A DNA stretch of 64,000 nt from Octopus vulgaris (lineage: Eukaryota), in assembly GCA_951406725.2 (NCBI GenBank), contig OX597814.1:102548001-102612000 (forward strand), given 5' to 3'. Both the position numbers and the translations under genes were made by a program. The stretch's first letter is position 1. Every line of letters begins with the position of its first letter. Positions 1-11,610 of this stretch are shown here, in pieces. The notes under the pieces were generated by a model that searched no databases, was not told where the DNA came from, and was given only the letters and a program-made list of their open reading frames with translations.

Positions 1-158
1 TAACATGAGCAGATTTAGAAATTATTTTTTGTTTAAGAATTATTTTCCTTTTCTATGGTATAGGACTAGCAAGTGTTTTACACAGTAAATGAGACAGTTT
101 TGAGAATACTTTTCTATTGTAAATTTATCACTGACTGTTAATTTAAATTCATATTTGT

Positions 159-390
159 TTAACCCTTTAGCATTTACATTATTTTGTCAAATGTAATGCT
201 TAATTTATTCACATTGATTTGAATTAATCATGCATTATCTTGTAGCTTTGAGATTTCAATGAAGTGATAGTATATTTTTACAATGACATTCTTATGTAGG
301 TGTGAGACACCAGATCTGCCCAGTTTGAACATAAAACAGGTATAAAAAATTTTGGGCCAAATATAACCAGTTTAAATACTAAAGAGTTAA
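159..390 (-). mobile_element. MITE family D (~230 bp, TTAA-flanked, piggyBac-like ends)
   Basis: Begins TTAACCCTTTAGCATT and ends AATACTAAAGAGTTAA (inverted termini). The interior is the reverse complement of copies at 10844, 19672, 23001 and 28661. Confidence 0.8.
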
Positions 391-759
391 AAAAAGACCT
401 CATAAATGGGTGGGGTGAGGGAACTCTCTAGACACTAGTTTGGCTTTAAAAATTTACCCTCATGAATGTCACAATACGACTATATACACACACTACAAAA
501 TTTGTAGATACTGGAGTAGAACATTAGCAGTAACTGTGAAGGAATACTTTAGGGTTGGCATGAAAAACTGCATTGATTTTTACCTTTGTCCAGTATCTTC
601 TAAAAGTATGAAGAGAAAGACATAGATACAGGTGAACTGTTCTCTTAAAGTGATTACTATCTACCTAAGCAAATCATTTTAAGAATGTAAATCTATTTAA
701 TCAATATGTATATAATACCTAATTATATATGTGTATAGCTACATTATATATGCAAGGGT

Positions 760-1548
760 AGGCATGGCTGTGAGTTCACTTTGTAACTGTATGGATCTGG
801 ATTCAGTTCTACTTCATGACCACTTGATCAAATGTCTTTAGCTATGTGTATGAAACTGGTTGACAGAATGGAAAGCCTGTATGTGTGTGTGTGTGTGTGA
901 ATGTCATATTCTCATTATCACCACTTGAGCAGAACAGTGTCTTTGTTTTTATTTTCCAGTAAGCAAGGTTTGTGTAGTTTCAGCTACACATCATCATCAT
1001 AATCATCATCATTTAACATCCATCTTTCATGCTGGCATGGGTTGGACAGTTTGTCAAGAGCTGGCGACTCGGAGGATTGTTCTGAGCTCCACTGTCTGTT
1101 TTGGCATGGGTTTTTACGGCTAACCTCTTCACAGAGTGGTCTAGATGTTTTTTTTACGTGGTACCAACACAGCAAGGTCTGTTTTGACATTATTTTCACA
1201 TGGTACCAACACAGCAAGGTCTGTTTTAACATGGCTTTTACATGGTACTAGCACTGGCAAAGTCTGTTTTGACATAATTTTCACAGCTAGATACCCTTCC
1301 TAATTACAAGCGCTTTAAAGAGTGACCTGGGTAGTTTTCATGTGGCACCAGTGCCAGTGAGGTCTGTTTGGCATAGTTTTTATGGCTCTTTCAATTTGTG
1401 AGGGCTAGAAGAATGAAAACACCTTACTTGGAAAACAGGTCAGGATTGACAACAGGAAGAGCATCTAGCCATAGAAAATAAGCCATTAGTTTTGTCTAAC
1501 GTCTGAAAGCACAGAACAAAAGACATAGAAAGGATAATGATGATGATG
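760..1548 (+). mobile_element. Decayed tRNA-headed SINE (family A, tail type 2) interrupted by a family B SINE
   Basis: Head GGCATGGCTGTG...GGATTCAGTTCTACT, central (TG)n, then after the insertion a tail CCTTACTTGGAAAACAGG...ACAGGAAGAGCATCTAGCC...GATGATGAT matching copies at 3487, 6500 and 15205. Confidence 0.6.
988..1386 (-). mobile_element. Family B SINE-like retroposon with (GAT)n tail and internal 42-bp tandem repeats
   Basis: CATCATCAT...TTTAACATCCATCTTTCATGCTGGCATGGGTTGGACAGTTTG is the reverse complement of the tail at 16355-16419. About three copies of TGGTACCAACACAGCAAGGTCTGTTTT at 1159-1275. Confidence 0.75.
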
Positions 1549-1829
1549 GTATAATATATAAGAACATATGTTTTTGTACATTGCCATCTGTTGTTTGAAA
1601 TAATTGTAAATAGTCATAATAAAAGCTGTTTTTCAAATGCTCAAATCAGTAGCTGATTAATAATTTTTGCTAGCAGAATGATAGGAATTCATAATGGTAA
1701 TTTTTTGAGCTTTTATATGTGTAAGTCATCAAATTTTTACCCCAAATAAGTCACCCAGTTTACAATATTAAATTCCTGTTTTAATTATTCAAAATTATTT
1801 ACAAAAACTACTTCTGCTTCTCAACTGTT

Positions 1830-1950
1830 GCATTGCCCAGTGGTAAGGATGTTAAGCTCATGATCATAAGATTGTGAGTTCATATCCTGGGCCCATGAGC
1901 AAGATACTTCATTTTGTGTTGCTCCAGTCTACCAAGCTGTAATGAGTACC
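1830..1950 (+). mobile_element. tRNA-headed SINE fragment (family G)
   Basis: A-box-like TGCCCAGTGG, B-box-like GAGTTCATATCC, then GAGCAAGATACTTCATTTTGTGTTGCTCCAGT shared with 23198-23535 and 3225-3460. Confidence 0.6.
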
Positions 1951-3224
1951 AACCAGCTGATAATGCAGTGCTCTATCTCTCTCTCTCACATCCTGGATGC
2001 TCTGCTGAATGAAGTTGGGAGGACTAACTACTTGCAACTGTATAAGCACCTAAAATGATGAGTTGGAAATGCATGGTACATGTTATTAAGCCATATTCAC
2101 TCAAATGATGGCTGACTAATTTTTTAGTTGCTCTAATCTATCTTACTTTATTTTTGCATTTCTTTTGATAATGTTTTATCTTCTCTCCCTCACAAAGGTT
2201 AATTCTAACTACATATTCTAACCCACCTTTATCTTGGCCAATACCTCTACCCTTTTGTCAACTGTCATTATCTGTTCTATTCTCATTATTTATTCATATC
2301 ACCTAAGTCTTCTCGCTGTTTCCAACACCTGTTACTTTTTCTAAAGGTCACCATGCCTCCACAATTTTTTTTTTAAAGATTGATTTCAATAGACTTATTT
2401 CCAACAAGAGTAATAACTTATGGTTTATATGGAACAAGCAAATAAACTATGGGACATTTCCCCATCCCCACCCTCAACTTGTTTAGGTCCAAAACATGAT
2501 CAGGTAGGTCTGTAATCAGAAATGTTCCATCCATAACCATCCTGTCTCTTTTGACAATACAGCTCTAGATTATACAATGTGTTCTTTTTTAAGATGAGAG
2601 ATTGTGATTTAAAGGTAGTTTGCCAGTTATTTCTTGCAGGCTAGAGGATCCTTCTTTGGTTTATTTCCTATGCACCTTTATATTGTGGCTTTATTTTCTG
2701 GTGGTAAAATATTACTTTGGTTTGTATATCAGGCTCTTTAATTGAACTAAAATATAAGATTGCATACTGATAATTTTGTGTTCAATTATATTAGCGAACA
2801 CAGATTTCTTCCTTCTCACCTCTTAGAAATCACCATAGTTTGGTATTTTGTGGGCGCTATAAATCCAATTAAACTCAGTTAAAGCATTGATTATCCAAAT
2901 TAAACAGCCAACAGTAGCCAGTGTTTTGGATGAAAAAGATAGAAAAAAACTCTCCTTCCTTTCCCGGACACCCCCCCCCCCCCCTCTCATGGATCAAAAC
3001 TTGTCATGGTGCATTGCTTTACTTGCTGCTACCTGCCCAGCTAAAAAATATCTTTCACTTGAGACTTGATAAATTAGAATGCTTTTCAGCTACTTAATTA
3101 AAAGGGGGGAAACAGAGTTCATCTGGGTTTCCTTAAGGGGTAAACTGATTCAGAAAAATTCAGCTTGATACTAATGTTTCATGGATGGATATTATGATAT
3201 TATATATCCATGCATTTAATAAAG

Positions 3225-3460
3225 GGATGTATGTGTGGAAATCATAGTTTCAAATTCCCAGATTGGTGGTGTATTATGTTCTTGAGCAAAACACTTCATT
3301 TCATATTACTCCAGTTGACTTGGCTAAAAATGGGTAACACTGCAATGGACTGGCATCCCATTCAATTGGGAGTTGTTAGCCAGCCCACTTTGCCAGCATC
3401 AGTTGAAGGCTACAAGGAAGTGCATCATTGCTTGCAGTGTATAACCACATTCTACCGTTT
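3225..3460 (+). mobile_element. Decayed family G SINE
   Basis: GTGTATTATGTTCTTGAGCAAAACACTTCATTTCATATTACTCCAGTTGACT matches 23270-23325. Confidence 0.55.
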
Positions 3461-3486
3461 GGCTGATATACACACACACACACACG

Positions 3487-3845
3487 GATGTGTGTTTAAG
3501 AAGTTTGTTTCCGAGTTCAGTTCCACTGTGTGGTGCCTTGGGTGAGTGTCTGCCACTATAGCTCCAAGCTGGCCAAAGCCTTGAGAATGGATTTTAGAGA
3601 CAAACTAAAAAAATGCCCTTTCTGCATGTGTGTGTGTGTCCTTGTCTTGACATCATGTGATTGTTGCAAATGAATGTTATTCATTTCCAGTATCCTGCAA
3701 AGGGCCAGTGGGGAAACAATTTTGCTTGGAAACAGATAAAAATTAGTAACAGAAAGGGCATCTAGCATAGAAAACCTGTCTTGACAAACTCTGTCAAACC
3801 CATGCAAGCATGGAATGGTAGGCTTTAAAAGTAATAATGATGATA
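3487..3845 (+). mobile_element. Family A SINE, tail type 2
   Basis: GTGTGTTTAAGAAGTTTG...GAGTTCAGTTCCACTGTGTGGTGCCTTGGG head. Tail ACCCATGCAAGCATGGAA...TAATGATGAT. Confidence 0.7.
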
Positions 3846-5102
3846 AATAAATAACTCATAAAAGCAAACAGATTGATAAAAATGTAAAAAATTTACTACC
3901 TGTTTTTTTTTCTTTTTTTGTAAATAGTTTGGTCATATCTTATCTTTTAGCTGAATAATTCATTTCATTGACAATTTGATAGATTTCATAATTAATTTAA
4001 TTTAACACAATTTTCATAATTCATAGCATATATTTCCACTTGAAAGGCTCTTTTTCATATTTCCCTCATTTAGATACAGTGAACTAGAGTTGACTCCTGG
4101 AAATGATTATGAAACTTAGAATACTATAAATGATACTATCAGTAAGTTTGTAAACAACTTGATATGAATTTGAATCTGATGCAACAGAAATTCATATATA
4201 AAGGCAAATTATCCTCAGACTTCGATTGATTTAGTTTAATGTGATAATAAAATCAAGTTAGAACAGATGTGCTTCAGAAAAGAGAAAACCAATTTACGTG
4301 AGTTTTGATTTGGTTTTCTTTATATTATCATTTATGAAATTCTGACCTAGACTGGCTTAATTTTTTATATTTTTTCATAAACTAATCAAGAGGATTTTAG
4401 TAGATTAAAAGAAAGTTGATAGCTGCTATGGAACATTATTCTACAGAGTTATAAATCTGCCTACATGATTGGTACAGTAACTTTGAAAGATTATTTCTCC
4501 TTTTACTCTCCTGTTCACAAGATGTCTTTGTTATTCATAAAAATGTATCTTAAAAGAAAATGCCATTGAACTAAAGTGAAAACAATCATTAAAGGTTTTC
4601 CAGCAAATAACTGGCACCACTCTATTTTTCTTTACTTCAAGTTGTCAATAAAATTGATCTTTGCTAAAAGTCTTTGGCTGCAATCTGTTACGTTATTGTT
4701 TCTTTGTTCAGATTGTTGGATCAAAACAAAAATACATTGTTTAAAAACAATAACTTCACTTGGAAAACACTAAATTTTAAATATTTACTTAGTGTTCCTT
4801 TAAAAGAAGTCTTTTGTATTGGAGTTGGTTGTTGATGTAGAGAGAGAGAGAGATTTTATAAGCAAAGAAGTCTGGAGGGAGAACTAGATGGAGAAAAACT
4901 GTAAGTAAAGCAGAAGAGTTACATTTGATGTTAAGACTATATTATTCTGTTATATATTGGTAGTAGGGTTTTTTTTTTATTAACCTTTTTTGCTTTATTT
5001 GTGGGGATGGAATTATTGTAATAGTTTTTTAGGAAGAAAGCAAAAATGATTTATGTTTTAATGCTGACATTGGCATCAGTAATGTTTGTCTGGACAAAAT
5101 AA

Positions 5103-5390
5103 TCGTCATCATTTAACATCCTCCCTCCATGCTGGCATGGTTTGGATGGTTTGACAGGAGCCTGCACCATGCTTTTGTATCTGTTTTGGCATGGTTTTTA
5201 TGGCTGGATACCCTTCCCAATATCAAACACTCCGTAGAGTAGGCTGAGTGCTTTTTACATGGCACTCACACAGGTGAGGTCAATTTTAGCATGGTTTTTA
5301 CAGCTGATGCCCTTCTAAATGCCAACTACTTTACAGTGTGGACTGGGTGCTTTTTAAGTGGTACATGCAGGGTCACAAAGTAATTTTGCA
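5103..5390 (-). mobile_element. Family B SINE-like retroposon
   Basis: TCATCATTTAACATCCTCCCTCCATGCTGGCATGGTTTGGATGGTTTGAC tail in reverse orientation, with a duplicated internal unit (GGCATGGTTTTTA...GATACCCTTCC). Confidence 0.7.
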
Positions 5391-6050
5391 AGACAAGGAA
5401 CCAAGAGGGGAGAGACATAATATCTTATTTTATCTAACTCAGAAAAATGAAAAGCCAACTTGATCTCAGCAGGATTTGAAATCACAGTATAAATGACTAT
5501 AACTAAATGCCACAAGCATGTTCGGTGCTCAAATTACTGTGTTAACCTTCTCTTTATCCATCTGTTTCAGTCTTCTACTTTTTATTATGTAATACATATG
5601 ACATATTCATATCTGTTATATTCTAATTTCAAGAAGGATATTTTATTCATCAAGGTCATTTTATAGATTTTAGCAAAAGAGCAGAATTTTCTGTTAATTA
5701 TGGTTGAAACAAGATAGTAAGTTTATACACAAAGATGTATTTTATGTATTTCTATCAAACTATCTAGTGTCAAGGAAGGTGGCCATACAATCATACATTT
5801 TACATTTGCAAGTTAAGAGTATCAATTTCAAAATTGCTTCTATTGGTTAACTTCTGTTTGACATGAATTTCTTTCATCATTAAATTATTTCTATTCTTGA
5901 ATTTCAAAGTGAAGTTACACAGCTTTGTTACCTCTTCTTGTACAGTACAATAATCTACTTTCTTATAAACCTCAAGTGACCTCTTCTTAGATAATATATG
6001 TATCATTCTGCAATTAAATAGTTTAAAAATGAAGTGAAACAAGACTCTGT

Positions 6051-6081
<31 letters not shown>

Positions 6082-6499
6082 AGGGAGAGAGAGGAGAAAG
6101 GATTTCCTTTATTTCATACCATTAATATCATTGTTTTTACATTTGCTGTTTTATGTTGTTTTTGTTACAAAGAGATCTACTCAGGGTATATTGCCATCAC
6201 ACCTGTGATGAATGCATAGTAAGTAATATATCCAGATAGGAAGTGGGTTCTGAATTTATTCATGCACCTGCATGAAGTTTTGTAGTGTTTAGAGGTTAAC
6301 GTATTTGACTGAAACATCTCATCTAAATAAGGCCAGTGACAACAACCATATACACAATTGTTAGAAAAAATAGTTGATATAATTCAATGAGAAGGGTGAA
6401 CACAGATAATCCAATAAAAGCTTGAAAATAAAATAAACTTCATACAAACTCTAGAAAAGAAACGTAATAATAGGTTTGTATTTACATATCACAACAAGT

Positions 6500-6870
6500 T
6501 CAGGTGTGTCTGTGTGGAAAGAAGTTTGTTTTCCAATCACATTCTTTTAGTTTTAGTCCCACTGTGTTATGCCTTAGGCAGGTATTGTCTTACCCAAGTT
6601 GACCAAAGTCTTGTGAGTGAATTTGGTAGATGGAAGCTCTGCATGCGTGTGTGTGTGGTGTTGTTTCACCATGATATCACATGATACTTGTGTCACCATC
6701 ATGCAAGCAGTACCCTTTGTTTCCAATCTTTAACCACATGTCTGGTCATGAGGAAATATTTCCTTACTTGGAATCAGGTGAGAGTTAGTGACCGGAAGGG
6801 TATCGGATCCAGCTGCAGAAAATCCATCTCTACAAATTTCATGCAAGGATGGATATGTGGTTATTAAAAT
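6500..6870 (+). mobile_element. Family A SINE, tail type 2
   Basis: Head TGTGTGGAAAGAAGTTTG...TTAGTCCCACTGTG, GACCAAAGTCTTGTGAGTGAATTTGGTAGATGGAA, (TG)n, tail GGAAATATTTCCTTACTTGGAATCAGGTGAG. Confidence 0.7.
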
Positions 6871-7049
6871 TATGTCGATCCATATAAAAGTGTTTATATT
6901 TCAAATACATCGCTCTTTATATGTATTAGGGTGACTATGTTGGCACAGATTATAGGACAAGTAACAATAATGGGGACAAGATCAATGGCTCTTAATCTTT
7001 TTGATTTTATGTAGCACATTGGAAATGAGATGAAATTTACTAACAAACA

Positions 7050-7214
7050 CAGGTAGCTGTGTGTTAAGAAGTTTGCTTCACAACCACGTGGTTTTAGTTT
7101 CAGTCCTACTGTGTGGCACCTTGGGCAAGTGTCTTCTACTATAGCCTTGGGCCTACCAAAGCTTTGTGATTATATCTGGTAGATGGAAACCTGTTGTATG
7201 TATATATATATTTG

Positions 7215-7245
<31 letters not shown>

Positions 7246-7485
7246 GTATGTGTGTGTGTTTGTCCCCCCTCACTACCACCACTACTACTTGACAACCAGT
7301 GTTGGTTTGTCTACATCCCTGTAACTTATTCTATCAGTCTATTATTCTATCAATCTATTTATTTTGCTGAAGCACTAAGTACCAGACTTTTAAAAAAATA
7401 AGTACTGGAGTCAATTTGTTTGACTGAACACTTCAAGGCAGTGCCCTACCATGGCCACAGTCCAATAACTGAAACAAATAAAAGC
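7050..7485 (+). mobile_element. Family A SINE, tail type 1 (near full length)
   Basis: tRNA-like head (GCTGTGTGTTAAGAAG, GTTTCAGTCCTACTGTGTGGCACCTTGGGCAAGTGTC), internal TA/TATG microsatellite, tail CCATGGCCACAGTCCAATAACTGAAACAAATAAAAG. Colinear with 43697, 49318 and 56968. Confidence 0.8.
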
Positions 7486-9554
7486 TAAGACACATTGCAT
7501 AAAAAGTTAAAATAAATAAATATAAAAAAAACATAACCATTTTAAAGCTAAAAATATCCAAAACTATTGTTTATTTAGTTAATCATAGTAGAATGTAAGT
7601 AAATTATGACTAGCATGTTTTTCAAAACATTTGAGCATTAAAATGGCATTTTTTTTAAAGCCACACTTTATATTTTTAAAAATTGCAGTGCACCAGATAG
7701 CCTTTGTAATGTGCACTTGCTGCACTTTGGTTCATTGTTTGAGAAGCACTGGACTAGATGCTTTGTTGTATCTTGTTTGATACTTAACATTTCCTTATTT
7801 TAGGTTGGAGGTCTTTTCAATTATATGCCATGTCCTCTGTTTTAAATGAAAGAAAATTTTCACATTTGTCATTTCTCATAGTATTATCTAGAATTATGAT
7901 TTTTTTTTCTTTTTACACTTTATCTCTACCCTGTAGCACAAAAGCAATACACACATACACACTAAACAATTATTGATATACATTCAATTTACACTCTCTT
8001 TTCTTATAACTCAAAAAACTTTGTTGTTGCTGTTTAGCTCTTTACATTCTGAGTTCAAATTCTGCCAAGGTTGAGTTTGATTTTCATCCATTTGGTGTTG
8101 ACAATATAAAGTACCAGACAAGTACTAGGGTCAATGTAATCAACTTGCCTCATCCCCCAAACTTCAGGCCTTATGACTACATATATTAAAAATAGTAGTT
8201 GTTTAGCACTATGTCATCTTCTCTGGACATGTAAACCTATGATAAAAGGTATTCCAGTTATGACCATCCAGTCCTATGTTATCTAATATTCCCTTCTGTT
8301 TTTCAAAACAGAATTTTCTAATTTAAGAGAGATATTTGGCTGCTATGGAAAGCTTCCATCCATTCTAACTTTATGGAAAAAGCAGTCAATTCAGTAACAC
8401 CTCAGTACTTAGCTGATATTTTATCAACCTCCTTAAGGATGAAATTTTAAGTTTACCCTAACAGGATTTGAACTCAGAACATAAATGACCATGACTAAAT
8501 AAATACCATTAGGCATTTTTCCTAATACTTACAGTAATTCTGTCAAATCATCACTTGTTTTCTCAAGTTTATAACTTTAGGTCATTTAAAAAAAAGTTAA
8601 AATTTTCACCTTGTGACTTCTGCAGCAACTTTATAATCCCTAAAGCACGTAGATAAATTGAAAATAAAATCTACATGAGGTTATTTATTAAGAGGGATAT
8701 ACCAATAAGTAGGTTACTTATTTCAAGCCTTCCTCTTTTGAAAGATATTATTGGCCTCTGAACTTCTGTCAACCAGGATATTTTGACCACAAACACAACA
8801 CAATATTTGTAACTGTGGTTGAGAGAAGGGGCACTGTCTTATGTGATTTTAATAGAAACAAGCCTAAAATAAATAAGGGTTCTGTTTGTTATAGTAGCTG
8901 ACTAGTTCAACCTTTTCTATTTAATTCCTAAGCAGTCAGTCAGACCTCTTGTCAAGGTAAGAATTGTAATCCCTAAAGTCACCTGTCACTCAGTCAATGT
9001 CATTGTAAGGGGACATTGCTCTTATGGTAAACCTTACCTGTGTTTGTTTTCCCTTTTTTAATGCCGTTGTTTCTCTTTGTACAGGAGAAAGTGTGTGTAT
9101 ACATGCTTGTGTCTTAGAAGTATGTGCATATGTATACATACATATACACACATCTGTAAACATTTGTACAATTCCATATACACACAGTGTGACAATAAAG
9201 AAACAGATTGGGTTCAGAGAAATGTTTTATGAAAATAAAACAGTAACCATTTGTTGTTAAGTCTTCCAACTAATCCTGTCCACTTTCAGTACAGTTCTCC
9301 ATTCACTCCTTCCACATTATCAAAGTTTCTCTGAATCCACTAGCTAGAATACTTACAGTAACATCAAACTGTATACATCAGATTATAAGGATTGTTCTAG
9401 GCAACCACCTTATCTTCTGTTTAGCAAACAGTTGCCTTTATTCACTGGAAAGCCTGAAATTTTTATTACCTGTGGTCAAACTTTGAATGAGCAGACCACA
9501 TTGCTTTGGCCATCATTGTAGATTTTTTTTTCTAACAGTAGAAGGTTGATTAGC

Positions 9555-9772
9555 TAACCCTGTTGGTATCAACCTGCCTAAGATTACCTCTTTTTTTTGT
9601 TTTTGTGATGCAAGCTCATCATTTTAAAGTCACCTAAATTAAAACCTCTCAAAATTGCATGTTAATTTCTTCCTAATATCAGCTTAATAATGACATATTT
9701 ATAGATTCATTTTCAAAATTGATTGAAATATCAACTATGTATTTCTATAGAAATATGGCCCACAAAGGATTA
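9555..9772 (+). mobile_element. Decayed MITE family E
   Basis: AACCCTGTTGGTATC...AGAAATATGGCCCACAAAGGATTA is colinear with the ends of the 16712-17546 element. Confidence 0.5.
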
Positions 9773-10843
9773 TTATGCTGATCCTGAAAATCGTAACCTA
9801 AAAACCTACCTCTTTGGCTCTAATAGAGTTCATCAGCCCTGCTGTACACAAGTTTTTGTGTGTGTATGTATGTATATATGTGTGTGTGTGAATGCATAAT
9901 ATATTAGTTACTCTTAATATTGCATGGTAGTTATGAGTGTCACTGTCATACATGCAGTGTCATTTATTTCCAATTTTCTTTGAAATCTTGTCTGGCCATA
10001 GAAAATTTACCTCAATAAGCTCCCCACTGCCTATGCTTGCAAAGGTGGATGTTAAAATGCTTTTACATACGTGTGTGCCATGTGTTTAAGAAGTTCACTT
10101 CACAGCTTATAACTCTGGCCAGGTTTGATTTACTGCACAGCACCTCAAACAGTCACCATGTGATATTTCATCCTTCCAGAGCCAACAAAATAAAGCTCCA
10201 GTGAAGTAGTGCTGGGGTTGATACTATCTACTAATCCTCTCCCCTCCCACTCATATTTGCTGGCCCTGTGCCTAAATCAGAATCAATTTTTATTTTTTTC
10301 TGTAGCTGTTGTGTTGTGACTGTATGATGTTTCCATTCATAAACTTCATCAAAACAGGAAAAAAAAAATTGACCTTTTGTTATATTTAATCTTGCACTGT
10401 AAATGTCAACAGTTTATCATTAACTCTATTTAGTTTCTGAAGGTTTTTTTTTTCCTCTTTCTTTAATTATCCAGTAGAAAAAAAAAACAGGAAGAGTGAA
10501 TCTTTTCTGATAGTTAATATTTCTCCTTAGTCTCTATAGATATCAATATAGTATCTGTAATCCCAGATACTTGAAATCATTTTTACACAAAAGAAACCTC
10601 AAACAAAAATTGTTGAATTAGCTTTGAATTGTGATGGCTAGCATTGAACAAGATATCTCACAATATGGGAAGCAAATCTCTCTAATAACCTTAAAATATT
10701 CTTTTTTGCTTTTTTTAAGAGTCGTTGCAGAAAGTATATTGATATATGGATTTGAATGCTGGATACTTGTAGCAATAGAAAGCTGATTAAATAGAACATA
10801 ATAAATAATCATCCAGCTTCCCCACTGGCTTGGGTTGAGCAGT

Positions 10844-11070
10844 TTAACCCTTCAGCATTTAAACTATCCATATCAGGCATAAATTCTCTGTCTGCTTTAT
10901 GTCCAAACTGGCCAGATCTGGCCTCTCACACCCATCCTAGAATGTCATCCTAAAAATATACAATCACATCATCGAAATCTTGAAACTGAAAACTAATGCA
11001 TAATTACTTCAAATAATGTGAATAAATAAGTATTGCATTTGACAGAATAACCTGAATACTAAAGGATTAA
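10844..11070 (+). mobile_element. MITE family D, inserted at TTAA inside a decayed minus-strand family B SINE
   Basis: TTAACCCTTCAGCATT...AATACTAAAGGATTAA. The flanks (GGCTTGGGTTGAGCAGTT / TTTGCATGGTTTCTAAGACTGG) resemble consecutive parts of family B. Confidence 0.8.
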
Positions 11071-11437
11071 TAGGGTTTGACCAGTCAGAGAACTGTATAA
11101 TCCACGAATGTCTACTTTGCATGGTTTCTAAGACTGGTTGCAGTTCCTCATGCTGACCGTTTCACAGAGTGTACTGGTGGATGCTGTTTATGTGGTGACA
11201 GCACTAGTAATCATTGCCTTTTAACTTGAAAGGCTAAGGGCATAAAATGGTCCTATAACTGACAGAGAATAGCAGTGAGAGTGAGCGATGATTCTAGGTT
11301 TAGGGCTTGGTAAGTAAGAGGAGAGAATGTAATATATACCAAAATTATAAGGAGGGTGAAAAACATTTCTAGGGAGCAACGTTTTTCTAACACTAATGAA
11401 TAATCCTGCTAATCAACTGTTTTATGATAAAAATAAT

Positions 11438-11610
11438 TGTTTGTAATTTAGGCACAAGGCCAGCAGTTTTGAAGCAAAGGAGTTAGTTGATATTATTGAT
11501 TGCAATACTTGACTGGTACTTTAGTTTATTGTGCTCAAAAGAATAAAAAGCAACATAAACCTTGGTGGGATTTTAACTCAGAACATAAAGAGCTGGAACA
11601 AAATAGGCAT
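11438..11610 (-). mobile_element. Decayed family C SINE
   Basis: GGCACAAGGCCAGCAGTTTT...GACTGGTACTTT...TTTAACTCAGAACATAAAG matches the family C pattern seen in about 15 copies. Confidence 0.6.

Noticed and set aside
4074-4141. Coding exon between TAG acceptor and GTAAGT donor
   Set aside because: There are stops in all three frames. It could only be a UTR exon, which cannot be supported without transcripts.
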